The notes: generated by a model not told the origin, from the letters alone. A DNA stretch of 38,955 bases from Folioceros fuciformis (GCA_049999805.1 JBNGIO010005405.1:62001-100955), one strand, 5' to 3'; shown: positions 1 through 11,865, numbered from the stretch's first letter. Numbers and translations: made by a program.

Positions 1-2134
1 AAAGGTCAACCATGCAGGCATAATGGCGCATTCCTGGAACGATCCCAAATTTGTCGGACATTGAGCAGAACAGGCGATAACCCTCATCTAACAGCCCAGC
101 ATGGCTGCAGGCGGAAAGAACACAAACCAGAGTGACATCATCCGGCTTCAGTCCCTCTCTTAACATTTGCTGGAAGAGTTGAATGGCCTTTCGACCATTC
201 CCATGCTGAGCATACCATCCAATGGCCGAAGTCCAGGACACTAGATCCTTGTCTGGCATTTTGGCAAAAACGTTCCAAGCATCATCTGGGCTGCCACATT
301 TGGCATACATATCAAGAAGCGTGCTCCTGACAACTGCATCAGATTCAAGCCCTCTTGCCTCAAGTAAGGCATGAACCCTCTTCCCCAAGTTCAGTGCCCC
401 AACCGTGCCACAAGCTTTCAAAAGGTTCAGGAAGGTCACTTTGTCAGGCTGCAGACCCTCTTCTTCCATTCTTACGAAGAGTTTAATAGCATCTTGGCCA
501 TGCCCAGAACTCCCATAACCTCCTATCATGGTAGTCCAAGACACCACGTCCCTGTTTTCCAGCCTGTCAAAGACCTGACCTGCCTCTTTCAGGGCGCCAC
601 ATTTCAGATACATGTCAAGGAGGGCATTTCCTACAACAATTTCACCATTTACTCCCTTTTCCACTATCAGAGAATGAAACTGCTTGCCCTTTTCTAGATC
701 TTGTGCCGCAGCACAAGCGTTCAAGAGGCCCACGAATGTGATACTGTCTGGTTCAAAACCATGCTCCTGCATCTGACAAAACATTTGCAAGGCTTCGCGA
801 CCACGACCATGGTGAGCAAAGCCTGCAATCATAGCATTCCAGGTAACCAGATTTTTTTCCCGGACATTGTCAAACACTCTACGTGCCTCTTCTAGGCTCC
901 CACATTTGATGTACATATCAATGACCGAGTTCATCACGAAAACAGTCATCTCAGACGGCGTCTGTTTGATGTGGTTGTGAATCATTCTACCCTCTGTCAA
1001 AGCTCCTACGCATGCACATGCCTTGAGAGCTGCAGCATAAACATAGGCATTAGGTTTAAGGTTGGACTGTCTCATCTCCAGGTACAACTTGATGCCTTCA
1101 TCGCTCTGCCCATGATTGATATGTGTGAAAATCATGGCCTGCCAGGAGTATGTATCTGGTTCACGGACAGCACGGAATGCTTGATTCGCATCCGCCAAGC
1201 AGTTGCATGAGTCAAACATTCGAATGATGTTTCTGTTCAGAAAACTTGAGTTGAGACCCCTTCGCGTGACAAGGGCATGCAACAACCTTCCAACTTCCAG
1301 GTCCTTTCTCTGTATGCACCCTTGCACGATGCTACACAGTACGTGTGTTGGAATCTCAGCACCTTGCTGGTCTATCCACTGGAGAGCACAACATGCCTCT
1401 TTTAGCCGCCCCTCTATACACAGCCTACCAACAACTTCAATATGCCCAGTCAATCTGCGTTCTTTCCCAGACCTGTGAAACATGGAAGCTCAGAGTTGAC
1501 AATGCACTTACAATACAGTCAATGGACATATCATATTTCCACAGTACCCGTTTAGAACATATACCTGGCTGGATCTATTGAGAGGCTGACGCCGGGCTTC
1601 ACTAAGAATTGAGCCCTTTCTTTTAGACCTGATGTCTTTTTCAAAGCCGCTAACCTCGGCTTCACCCAGGAGGGATTCCACCAGCTGTCCGTCCATAAAG
1701 TGTCCTTCGTCACACTATGAACAAAATCTGGGTAGCTCACATCTGTCTGCAACAAACAGCAGAAAATTCAGACCATGAGGGGAAGAGATGACCACTTCGC
1801 GTAATAGGAACCTTAGATAATTGCAGACCTTTCTCCACCTGTGGTCCCACCACAGCGAAGGATTGGTGAAAAAATTTCTCCACAGATCCTCTGTTGCAAT
1901 CGACTGAGCTGCAGGCCATGACTCACGGCTTGTATCCGCTCTGACGTGGGCTGCGGTGCTGACAGTGAAACACGACCAAACCAATGGAGTAATGCCAAGT
2001 ACACTGCTTACGACATACGCTGCAATTTCTCCTTCCCTGGTCGAAGATCTCGCCCAGAACCTGTGACTAGCATCAGGAAACCAGACTCTGCGCATAAGTG
2101 CTCCAGCCCTCCTGCCCGCCCCCGCTAATGCCAT
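1..2134 (-). CDS. PLS-class pentatricopeptide repeat protein (probable organellar RNA-editing factor) with an N-terminal OSB-type PDF motif; C-terminus lies outside the window
   Basis: ATG at 2134. Exons 2134-1829, 1746-1565 and 1472-1, with GT-AG introns 1828-1747 and 1564-1473. Exon 3 is open to the window edge and encodes about 14-15 P/L/S motifs (e.g. VMNSVIDMYIKCGSLEEARRVFD, NLVTWNAMIAGFAHHGRGREALQMF). It ends in the P2-L2-S2 signature DDVTLVCVLSACSHAGLLDEG...HYACMVDL that normally precedes E/DYW domains. The Arg/Ala-rich N-terminus resembles a transit peptide. Confidence 0.92.
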
Positions 2135-2570
2135 ATCAGTTTCGTCAAGTCATAACTCCCAATTGCCCAGCCTTGAGCTATCCCTTCACCAGGCATCACA
2201 GAACTGCTGAATTACTGCACAGAGACCCGGGAATCGATGTGGGATGCATTTGGCTTCGGATGATTTCCCTTCTCTCCACGCTTCCAGCTTTCGCTCAAGC
2301 AATCTCCTCCCGACCCTGCAGGGTTAGAGCATCAGGACAAGGCATACGACTGCAACACTCCCCAACAAAATTTTTCCCTTTCCACTAAACCCATGCTAGT
2401 CTACACAGTCAGATGTCGCTTCGTGCAATGTAACACGCTGTCGGGCCTTTTGCTACATCTCCTTCCCTCCTTGAAACAAACCAGTACTACTGTACAGAAC
2501 GGAAAATTTGCTGCCCACTGGTACCCAAGGAATTCATGTGGGCTACCTTGGCTAGGGCTGATTGTCCCTT

Positions 2571-2580
2571 AAACCCTAAA
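2571..2580 (+). promoter_or_regulatory. Telo-box (AAACCCTAA) in the divergent PPR/SET-protein intergenic region
   Basis: Exact AAACCCTAAA about 90 nt upstream of the SET-protein ATG. Telo-boxes are established plant promoter/5'UTR elements. Confidence 0.45.
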
Positions 2581-2665
2581 CCCTTCTCCTGGTAGGATAT
2601 CCATGCACAGATCAGGAAGAGATAGATCCATAGCTCGATGAAATGCTGGGATTGTGAAGGTTAAG

Positions 2666-4081
2666 ATGTTGCGTAAGGTAACATTCCGAACGGACAATAA
2701 CAATGGCCTTTGCTCTCAACAGACAAGCTGCAAATCATAGACTCAGCTGGCATCGTGTTGTGGGAATCTGCAGATCTGGGGGAGACTGGCGACATCACTT
2801 CAAGGAGTGGACAAGCGCCAGTTCCAGCATGAAATTGATACACATCGTCTCTTTCTTCTCACCAGCTACAAGAAGTTGGATTCCCCCACAGAGGAGAATG
2901 TAGCAGACGTGGAAGGTCGTGCAGACAGGACTGGCTTTGAAGAGTGGAAGCAAGAAGTACAAGGTAACGTCGGTGAGCAAGTGCGGGTGATCTGCAGTGC
3001 ATTGGACAACATCTTGCTGGACCCGTCGGAGAGATCAAAGGCAAAAGATGGAGAGGCGGGTAAGAAAAACCGGCCCAGCGGATTGAGCTTCGCCGTAGGA
3101 GGATGGCAGCCAGCCAAGCGCGAGACTGAACCTGCTCAGTAAGGGGCTCACTTCTTTACAGTCGATCGTCTTTATGGCTGCCAGGATCTGCAATGCAAGT
3201 GATACGGTGCTTGTGGCAGGATTGTCACGCTACCCCTGAACCGGGCCCAGGTTTCGGAGGCGTTCAAGGAGAAGCTGGGATTCACTCTGGAGCTCAACCC
3301 TTCCAGAATCGCACACAGAGAAGCAGGTGATGGCCTGTATGTGTCCGGAAAGGCTGGAGCAGGGTCGGTTGTGTCCATGTATCCTGGGGTGATCTACGCA
3401 CCAGCTCAGTATAGATACCTTCAAGGCTACCCAAGGGTGGAGCTGGGCAACCCGTACTTGGTTTCACGGTTCGATGGGCTGGTGATTGATGGCAATCCCT
3501 GGGGCAGAGGAGGGGATACGAGAGAATTCTGGGATGGCATGTCCAAGAGGGATAGAGAGGTGCAGGAGCACATCCTCAAGAGCATAGCAAACGAGCAGCC
3601 GCAGGAGGAGAGCAGCCAAGGGGAGGCCAAGTCTGCCAGCGACAAGCTGTGGCAAATGGTGGGTGGTGGAAGGAAGGGTGATGAGCTGATGGAAGGAGCT
3701 GTCTTAGAGAGGAGAAATCCTCTGGCCCTGGCGCATTTCGCAAACCATCCTCCGAAAGGGGGACAGCCAAATGTAATGGTCTGTCCGTACAACCTCTGCC
3801 TTGATGGTGAAGGAATCAAGCTCAGGCCATACATCCCCAACGTCACTTGTGCCGTGGACAGTGATATTCCGATGCAACAGAGCGGGCTTCTGTGGGTTAA
3901 AAGAAGCAGGGAGACATCAGCAGAGAAAAAATACAAACAACTCTGCACTCTTGTGCTCGTGGCCACCAGGGATGTTTGTGATGAGGAGCTGTTGCTTAAT
4001 TACAGGTACAGCAACTTCAAGAATAGGCCTGCCTGGTATCATTCGGTTGATGAAGAGGAAGACAGGCGCAGGTGGGAATGA
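2666..4081 (+). CDS. SET-domain protein, SETD9/C5orf35-like (plant At5g23200-type)
   Basis: Exons 2666-2677 (MLRK), 2774-3138 and 3220-4081 join in frame across GT-AG introns. Motifs RLFLLTSY, MYPGVIYAPAQYRYLQGYPRV, NPYLVSRFDG, RRNPLALAHFANHP and ATRDVCDEELLLNYR match the SET NH/ELxxxY motifs of this family. Confidence 0.85.
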
Positions 4082-6014
4082 TACCAAAACATTTGGTGCC
4101 TTCATCTACTTGTCCAGCAAAATAAAACATCGGAGATAGTTTAACATCGGAGATAGTTTCACATCGGATGACAACCGTCCTACTGGAGCTCCAGACCTTT
4201 AAGTCGACCGCAACATGCCACGACCATCTGCTATATCGAAATTTATCAGATCCTGACATCCTCGGAAAGAGATGGACCTAAAACCACACTGTGCCCTGGC
4301 AAACTTGGTTCATCCATGGCTTGCATCCGTCACTTGCTCCGGTCAAGACTACGATGGAACACATCCTCGCACTAGGCAAATCAAGTATGCGATGCCCAAG
4401 CTTGACAAAGCTCAGGGGAGGAGCATCGAAGTCTGTAACAGCCTATGATCTGATTCCTCATTCGAACTCCTCTGTGCAAGGCAAGTAGCCCGGGCATCTT
4501 TGAGTGGCAATTTCCGTTAGAGCCACCTTAAGCACGAAAATGTGTGTTGCCGTGTCTCAGTCGTGAACGAACACTGGGATAATGAAGTGTCGAGCAACTT
4601 CAACAGACCATTTCCAAGATCTTGTCAGAACACACATCAAATTTTCCACCTCTTATTTCATACCTTTTATTTCTTGCTTGGTTTTCAAGCAGATGTTGTT
4701 ACTATTAACTTAAGCCCTTACTTTTGTAGGTTTTTCAAGTGTTGCCAATTGCTGCCCAATTCTTTCAAGGTGTGGTGTTGTTTGCTATTCAAGCCAACCT
4801 TTTATGCCATCCCTAGTGACATGAGTCGTTTTGTTTTCCTACTCAGCACACAGTTAATGTGCTCCATCCCTAGCCTCTTTGTTTTTTTAGCATCCAGGAA
4901 GCAAACTATTGGCTTGCAGAGGCTTCTAGGCAGCAAACTAGCAACAAAAATTGAGAGGCTTCACATATGAGCTTCCAATGTTACAAAACATTAGCATCCA
5001 CAGCTTTATATTTGATTTTGAACAATCCTCCTCAACTCAACCAATCACTCCAATTACTAACAAAGGACTTGTATATACCTTTGCTATAAATATTTTACTC
5101 TGGTCAAGCCTTGCACCCCACTTTGTACGACGTCTCAATCCGAAGTAGGACTGCGCATTCTTGCATGAATAATATTGTGTCTTATTTTAAATCAAATTGC
5201 ATTAATACACTTGTGTTCAGTAGAGATTGCTCCTAGAGCTGCTCTCAGAGTATCAACAACCTTACAGATGTGTACGAATTGTTGAGCAATACATAATTAG
5301 CATAAAACCACATTCTTGTTGGCTCACCTCAAACTAGAATAACAAATGCAAACTAATCTTTGTGTATATCAAGAGGTGCTTTCTTCTTTCTATTTTCTTA
5401 CCTTATGTTATTTACTTTTAAGGTTCCTCTGTTAAAACATCCAAAATTACCAATGTATGTAATATAATTAAGTAAGGCAGCTGGAAAAAGAAACGTTTTG
5501 AATCTTTGGGCACACCTTGGGAGTGGATTGTCTGCATAGGTATTTCCAGGTGAGAAAAGCATCTTTGAAAGGGGAAAGCTGGAGTCCAGGGGGAATAGAG
5601 TTGCAGAGGCCGTGCTCGCTCGAGAGGGGACCACATACTGTACATAGCTACATCTGTACAGTAGGTAGCTTTTGTTGGAATGGGCGGAGGCAGGGAAGCT
5701 TGTTGGGAGTCTGTGAGTGTGGGAGAACACAGTTGTCGGAGTCGGGCTTGTTTGAGGTAATTGGTCGGGGTTAGGGTGGAACGATTTAAAGAGGTGTGAC
5801 GCCAGCCGGGCTTCCGACCTCCTTGCTTTGCTTCATGTTGGATTGTGAAACCTAGCAGTTTCCTGTGTTAGCACACACTTGCTGGCTGTCCCGACACACA
5901 ATTTGCACATGGCGCTTCTCCTTCCTCAGGCCTCGGCGTTTCCCAGTCTCTGAGTCGGCTGCGTGGCTTGGGTTTGTTGTTAGGTTGGAGCTCGACACTG
6001 GGACCCGGACAGGG

Positions 6015-6908
6015 ATGGACTGTGTGGTGCAAGTGGACACAGTCGAAGACCCTGTGAGGAGTGTGAAAAAGGTTCGTGGCTCCTCTAGGTTTGTCCGGGT
6101 GTGTGAGTGCCAGGGGCGTGTCGGAGGAGTAGCGGATTTCTCATCGCTCGGTGTGCAGGAGGGAGGCTCAGCACCAAGGAGGTGTGCCAACATCAGACTG
6201 GTTGGCAGACACCCGGATGTGTATGAGCCTTGTGATGATACGTTTGCCCTTGTGGATGCTCTGCTGGCGGATAAGAACAACATCCTGCGGGACAAGCCTG
6301 ATGTGTGCGTAGAGGTTGGATGCGGGAGTGGGTACGTGATTACTTCGCTAGCTCTGCTTATCGGCAGCGAGCATGCCGCGCAGTATATCGCCACGGACAT
6401 CAGCGAGGCAGCTGCCGGGGTGACGAGGAGGACTCTGGAAGCGCATGATGTGAAGGCGGAGGTGTTTGTGACAGACTTGGTGGCAGGGTTGGAGGATCGG
6501 TTGGCCGGTGCCGTGGATCTGCTTGTGTGCAACCCGCCTTACGTGCCGACGCCAGAGGAGGAAGTCGGAGCTCCAGGCTTGACGGCTTCGTGGGCCGGGG
6601 GCAGCAGGGGCCGAGTCGTAATCGACCGCTTGCTAGTTCTTGCTGACGAGCTGCTAACAAGAAAGGGATGCATGTACTTGGTGACGCTGGCGCAGAACAA
6701 CCCGTGTGACATCTGCCGGATCATGAGCAAGAGGGGCTTTGCTTCACGCATCGTCATCCAGAGGAATACGGAAGAAGAGAAGCTGCTTGTATTGAAGTTT
6801 TGGAGAGACGAGTTTCATTCGGACTGGTCCGAGTACAGCTCCAGTCCCCCAACTTCCGACTTGTCCTTCACTTCCAAGATGGCTCGTTTGGCAACTTTCT
6901 GGAGATAA
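6015..6908 (+). CDS. HEMK2: HemK2/MTQ2/N6AMT1-type SAM-dependent methyltransferase (eRF1 glutamine methyltransferase catalytic subunit)
   Basis: Family motifs VYEPCDDTFALVDAL, motif I EVGCGSG, catalytic NPPYVPT and WAGGSRGRVVIDR. First in-frame ATG at 6015, probable 87-nt in-frame intron 6072-6158, stop TAA at 6906-6908. Confidence 0.9.
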   Translation: MDCVVQVDTVEDPVRSVKKVRGSSRFVRVCECQGRVGGVADFSSLGVQEGGSAPRRCANIRLVGRHPDVYEPCDDTFALVDALLADKNNILRDKPDVCVEVGCGSGYVITSLALLIGSEHAAQYIATDISEAAAGVTRRTLEAHDVKAEVFVTDLVAGLEDRLAGAVDLLVCNPPYVPTPEEEVGAPGLTASWAGGSRGRVVIDRLLVLADELLTRKGCMYLVTLAQNNPCDICRIMSKRGFASRIVIQRNTEEEKLLVLKFWRDEFHSDWSEYSSSPPTSDLSFTSKMARLATFWR

Positions 6909-7442
6909 TATTTGCTCAAATCCATCTTTGGAGAGGCTTGTACAGTGTAAGTCTGAGCAGTGGGTGAAGCCAGCTGCTAGTTGTACATATTATTTCCTTC
7001 TCACCTAGGCTCATATTACTGCCTTCTCCTTCTGTGAGGACACGCATGAAAGTTGATGCTTTCTGAACACATACCTGTAAAGCAGGGTTGTTTGCAGAGT
7101 ACTCCAGTGCAGTCTGCTAGCTGTTTAGCTGCCCACACCTCCTGGTTCTATTGAACATGGTCGCTACCCATGGATCTGCGAGCGCGGAGTAGTCCAATCT
7201 TTCAGAGCGATAGGAAATCATGGCCTGCGAACTTTTACTTTGCAATTGGAAGGGGATATTACCGTGGGCTTGATACGAAGCAAGCAATCCACGACCGCCT
7301 GTCGTGGTCCCACTACGCGTAGGGCAATCGGCCCAGCCTTTCACCACAAAGGACGTCCGATTAGGAAGTCTCGGCTTACGAACAAAAATAATGAGAAGCA
7401 TCGAAGCACACGTATTCGTATCAATGGTGGAGGGAAGTCCAT

Positions 7443-7447
<5 letters not shown>

Positions 7448-7475
<28 letters not shown>
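7448..7475. repeat. (TA)n microsatellite
   Basis: About 14 TA units visible directly. Confidence 0.95.
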
Positions 7476-7481
<6 letters not shown>

Positions 7482-7675
7482 AGAGGAATTTATTTATTTT
7501 AGAAGAATAAGGTGGAAAGATGAAAAAATCCATCTACCCCTAGAGAAGAGATAAACTATGATAGAAACTACAATAAACTAGGGACTAGAACTATGATAAA
7601 CTACTATAGCACCCAAACCATTATGGTATGGAAGGAGAAAGAATCTACCTACCTCTCCTTCCAATATTGTCGTCC

Positions 7676-7695
7676 TATATATATATATATATATA
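7676..7695. repeat. (TA)n microsatellite
   Basis: About 10 TA units visible directly. Confidence 0.95.
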
Positions 7696-8959
7696 ACGAA
7701 TATGGGAAACTCATCTTGCCTTAGAGGAGTGGGACAAACCACCAAAGGCACATGGCCAACCTAAGAATTACCGCATTGGAACATTTTGTAGAACTTTGTT
7801 GCTCACACAACAAATTAGAATTAGATGAGCTAAAGCTAAAAAGCTAAGACTATGTGTTTGAAAAACTAATTAGTAGTGAAAAACATATGCTTAAGATAAA
7901 ATGTAGTAAAGATTATGCATATTACCAACGAATAATAAGATATGTAAAGAAGAATGATTAATTATTGTTATTCTTAAAATGGTACAAACTTGCTAGATCG
8001 TTTCTAGACATTTTACTTACCACAAAGACACTCAACACATTCTATAAGTTAAGCTTATATAAAAAATAATTATAAATATCTATTATATATTATATATTAT
8101 ATACATATTAAATCCTTCGTGCTACTATCATGTAATAGTTTCGTGGATGCTTGGATTTCTTTTCATACAACCATTTTAAAGCTTCATGTAAATAGTCATT
8201 GGATTGTACCAAAAAAAGGACAAGAAATTTATTATCAAAGAAATAAATTTTTCACACACATTCTTTTGAAGATATTATAGTAAATCTTGTGTAATAAATA
8301 AATAAAATATTATATAAAAACTATTATAGATGAGAAAATGACATGCAAAAAATAACAAGCTTAATATTATTATCAATAGTAATACAACAAATAATCACCT
8401 ATCAAACTAAAATAAAATATTAATCAATTATAAGATGCAATATAGAAAGGGTGTGCGCTTGCCTTCAATATGTATTTACGTTGCAAACACAGAAGCCAAA
8501 GGATTTTTTCCTGAAGTTTGATATTTTAACTTATATCAATAATTAATTCTAAGTATAAATGAAATTTTATCTTTATCTAGAAGCTTCCCAACTCCAACCT
8601 CATTAAGGTAGGAGAGCTATCGGCAGAGAAGGAAAGATTCTTGCTCTGCGAACATGTATGTATGTTTCAGTGAGCACTGTAGCAACCGGCTTGAGCTCGT
8701 GGTGCCAAACACATGCTCGCTCGACTCATTGTTCCCTCCCGAAAACCTTGCAGCAATGAATATACTTTCCCAGGCAAGATGACCTTGATACTGAGCCTTT
8801 AGTATTGTGGTCCACCTCATTGCTTCCCCCTAGGAAGAAAGCTTCATGGCAATGTGCCACAATTCCTACGTAGTGTACAAATGGTCTTGAGAAGTCATAC
8901 TGAACTTGGGGTTTCGTGGAGGCAATCAGATGGCAAAGAGGATAACTACAATCACTGGA

Positions 8960-11865
8960 TCAACTTGGGGGGAGTCTTCCACCATGAGGTGAAGGTGCTT
9001 GCCTGATCCCAGCTGACCCGAACTTCACAGGTCTGGCAGCATCTCGCCTGGCTCCAGGAGTTCGGGCCCACTTTGCGGCATGGGCAAGGGCGTCTCCATG
9101 GGCACCAAGCCCCCTTCGCCCCACAAGCCTGGCTTTAAAACTCTCAATTAAAAAACGCAATCTCATTTCATCTCCTCCCCCCACTCCCATCAACTCGAAA
9201 GCTTGAATCCGACTGATAACAGAGTACAACTTTAAAGGTTCTTTCAATTGTTCTCCATTTTGGCCTTCACCTATGAATCCACTGGGTCTTCTAGTGGAAT
9301 CCACCAAGACCACCCTCAGTAACACGGAGGACGTAGGGTCCTTAGTTCGGGGATCAAAGATAACATCAAAGCACCCAAATTTGAGATCCGGTTCATTGAA
9401 AATATCTTCCATAAAGTTAGCACATGCAGAGGGATCCTTCTGTATACCTCGACTCAACTTCGTAGTGCTAGCCAATCGCGCTGCAGCTCGAACTGCGATA
9501 TTACCCGCCTCTCGTAGTCCACTCAGAAATGCCCCATGCATTGTTGCAGGATAGCGACGATTTGTGGCTTCACCGGCAAAGAAGAGTCTTCCATCTCCAA
9601 CACTCTCAGCCAAGATATCGTAATCCTCTCCCGAAGACCCGACAGCCACATTGGAATACGATCCATAGCATAGGGAATCATTGCCCCAACGAGTGCACAC
9701 AGACTGCAGGGGGTCTGGCACAGTGATGCCAAGCGGTTGGTAGATCCCTGGCCACCAAATACGTTAGAAGGTTGCAAATTGTGGTCCCCCGAGGACAAAA
9801 CTGGGAGAGGGAAAAAAGGAAATGTACCTCTAAGAACATTCAAAACTCGAGTGACAGCCTCCACAGGAGCCATATCCTCAAAGTTCACAGCGGACTGCCC
9901 AGCCACAAGGGCCAAAAGTAGAGGTCCACCAGCAACTGCAGCATAGCTGTAAAACATGAAAAATTCACCGTTCGTCCTGCGATCATCAGTCAAGTGTCCA
10001 AAATGATCGAGCTCTGACCCCCAGAACGTCTGGGGAAACAGCATCACCACCTTATTCAGGAGCCCAAACCCTAATCGTTGGATGGCATCGAGCTTCCTCT
10101 GCGGCAGCTCAGGATGGAACTTGATACAGCCCCTCTTCAAAACACCAAGTGGCACTGTACATAACGCCATATCTGCTTCAAACACCTGATCAGCAGTTTC
10201 CACCTGCACCCCTACATCCGAGTACGTGATTGAATGTACAGTACTACCATAAAAAATGGGTATGTTTTCGGCCAAGGCAGCTATGAGCCTGACGTTTCCC
10301 CCTGCCAGCCAACAATGATCTCCTCCCATCTCGTATGGGTCATCCTGGTCCCAATGGGACAGCGACAGCTTTGAAAGGAGCTCAGCGTTCGCGTACTCGA
10401 GATTAGCAACGTGCCAATCGAACAGCTGCCTTTCTTCCTCCGTCTCCACTACACCTAACTTAGCCCTAAGCACGTCCAGCGCCCCACCCAAGGACAACTC
10501 TTCGGCATTCTCCACCTGCTGTCTGTATAAGCTTACCTCATCTAGAATATCATTGAAGTATTTCTCCATCTTCTTATCTAACACCTGCCTGACAGGACTC
10601 CCATCGGGCTGAAACAGGGGGCACGGCTCCCTGATTTTATGAAGAGGATACCCGAGCTGTCTGGCAAGCACAGCAAGCGGATTCCCGTGCACACCCGTCA
10701 CAACACTTCCTCCCATATCCGCTGCAGCTACTACGGTGCCCCCCAAGGTCACGCCCTCCATCCTCTTAGTGTACACCCGACCACCAGGACGTTGCCTCCC
10801 CTCCAAAATAACCACCTTATGCCCGAAGGCCAGCAGCTGTCTGGCAGCAGCAAGACCAGCAAACCCCGATCCGATAATCACCACCGTGCCCTTGTTCGGC
10901 TCTTTCGGAATGTTGGCTTTGATAGCCGCAGCCACTCCAAAATTTATGTAACCATACTGCATGAGGAATTTGTAAGCAACCGAAACAAGCCCTCTAAACT
11001 TGGTCTGAATTGTTTCCATCACCGTGTCCTGCGACAACCACGCACTCACGTTCTCCCGCCACCTAGTCAGAATGTGATTCCTCACCATGATGTAATTTGC
11101 CCGCTCGTGCGCGCTGGTATCGCTCGGCAGCACCTTAGCTGCCACCTCCTCGTCACTCAGGAACTCGCGAGAGAAGCCAATAGCGGCTCCAATCATGGCC
11201 TCCATGTTGTTCTCCTTCGCCGTATCCACCTGCTTCTTCTTCCGCCTCCCAGGCCCTGCAATGTCCCCGATCTGCTCGTCGATCATGGAGTCGAGAGCCG
11301 CCTCATCATAAGTCTGCGGCCGTGCGTGCTGCCTCACCGGCCGCATCCCTCTCCCCCTCACTTGATTCTCCTCCATGTCCATAAAGAGCTCTCGGGGCTT
11401 CCGCTTCCGCTTCTTCTTTCCCGCCGCGCCCCCGGCTCCTCCTTCCAATTCTTCTGCTGCAGCTCCTGCTCCCTCTCTCCCTTCCACAGCACTCCCAGCT
11501 CCATCTCCCGCTGCAGCCTGCACAGCTCCGTCACCGTCTCCAGTCGCCGGAGCTCCTCCATCTTCTCCGTCTCTCCCTGTGAGAGAGATCCTCTCCCCTC
11601 CATCTCCACTACCACTTCCATGACTCCCATTTCCCGTTGGAGTTGGAGGTGCCGGAGCAGAGGCAGGGTCAGAGCCAGGGGCGGGAGCAGCTTCATCCCT
11701 GTTTCCAGGCTCAAGAGACGCCGCGTCTCTGGCTTCACCTGAAGCGAGTGCCGAGTGCCGAAGTGGAGGCCTAATTGCAGGGGACTCTACACGGGGAGCT
11801 GCAGAGCCACCATTTTGTGAAGCTGGTCTGGCAATGTCATCCAAGGATGGTAACTCGAGAGACAT
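8960..11865 (-). CDS. FLD: Lysine-specific histone demethylase 1 homolog, FLD-like (SWIRM + FAD amine oxidase)
   Basis: ATG 11865 (MSLELP). Exons 11865-9828 and 9747-8960 with an 80-nt GT-AG intron, giving [16 protein letters not shown]. Contains a SWIRM region ([15 protein letters not shown]...YGYINFG), FAD motif [26 protein letters not shown] and [26 protein letters not shown]. The C-terminal [10 protein letters not shown]...LVGRRGLG is typical of the FLD clade. Confidence 0.92.

Noticed and set aside
371-1581. Several plus-strand ORFs of 64-108 aa
   Set aside because: They are antisense shadows of the PPR exon, with no family motifs.
2703-2903. ORF MAFALNRQ... as the SET-protein start
   Set aside because: It is out of frame with the conserved exon and its ATG lies inside the modelled intron 2678-2773.
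4388-4408. AAGCTCAGGGGAGG, resembling the 5' end of miR390
   Set aside because: Only the first 9 nt match and no fold-back partner was seen.
9523-9827. C-terminal part of the 809-aa ORF (TFPFFPLP...QCMGHF)
   Set aside because: This is read-through of the 80-nt intron; the conserved C-terminus is in the 8960-9747 frame.
10639-11742. 367-aa antisense ORF over FLD
   Set aside because: Low-complexity His/Pro/Ser/Arg translation expected from the GC-rich opposite strand; no motifs.
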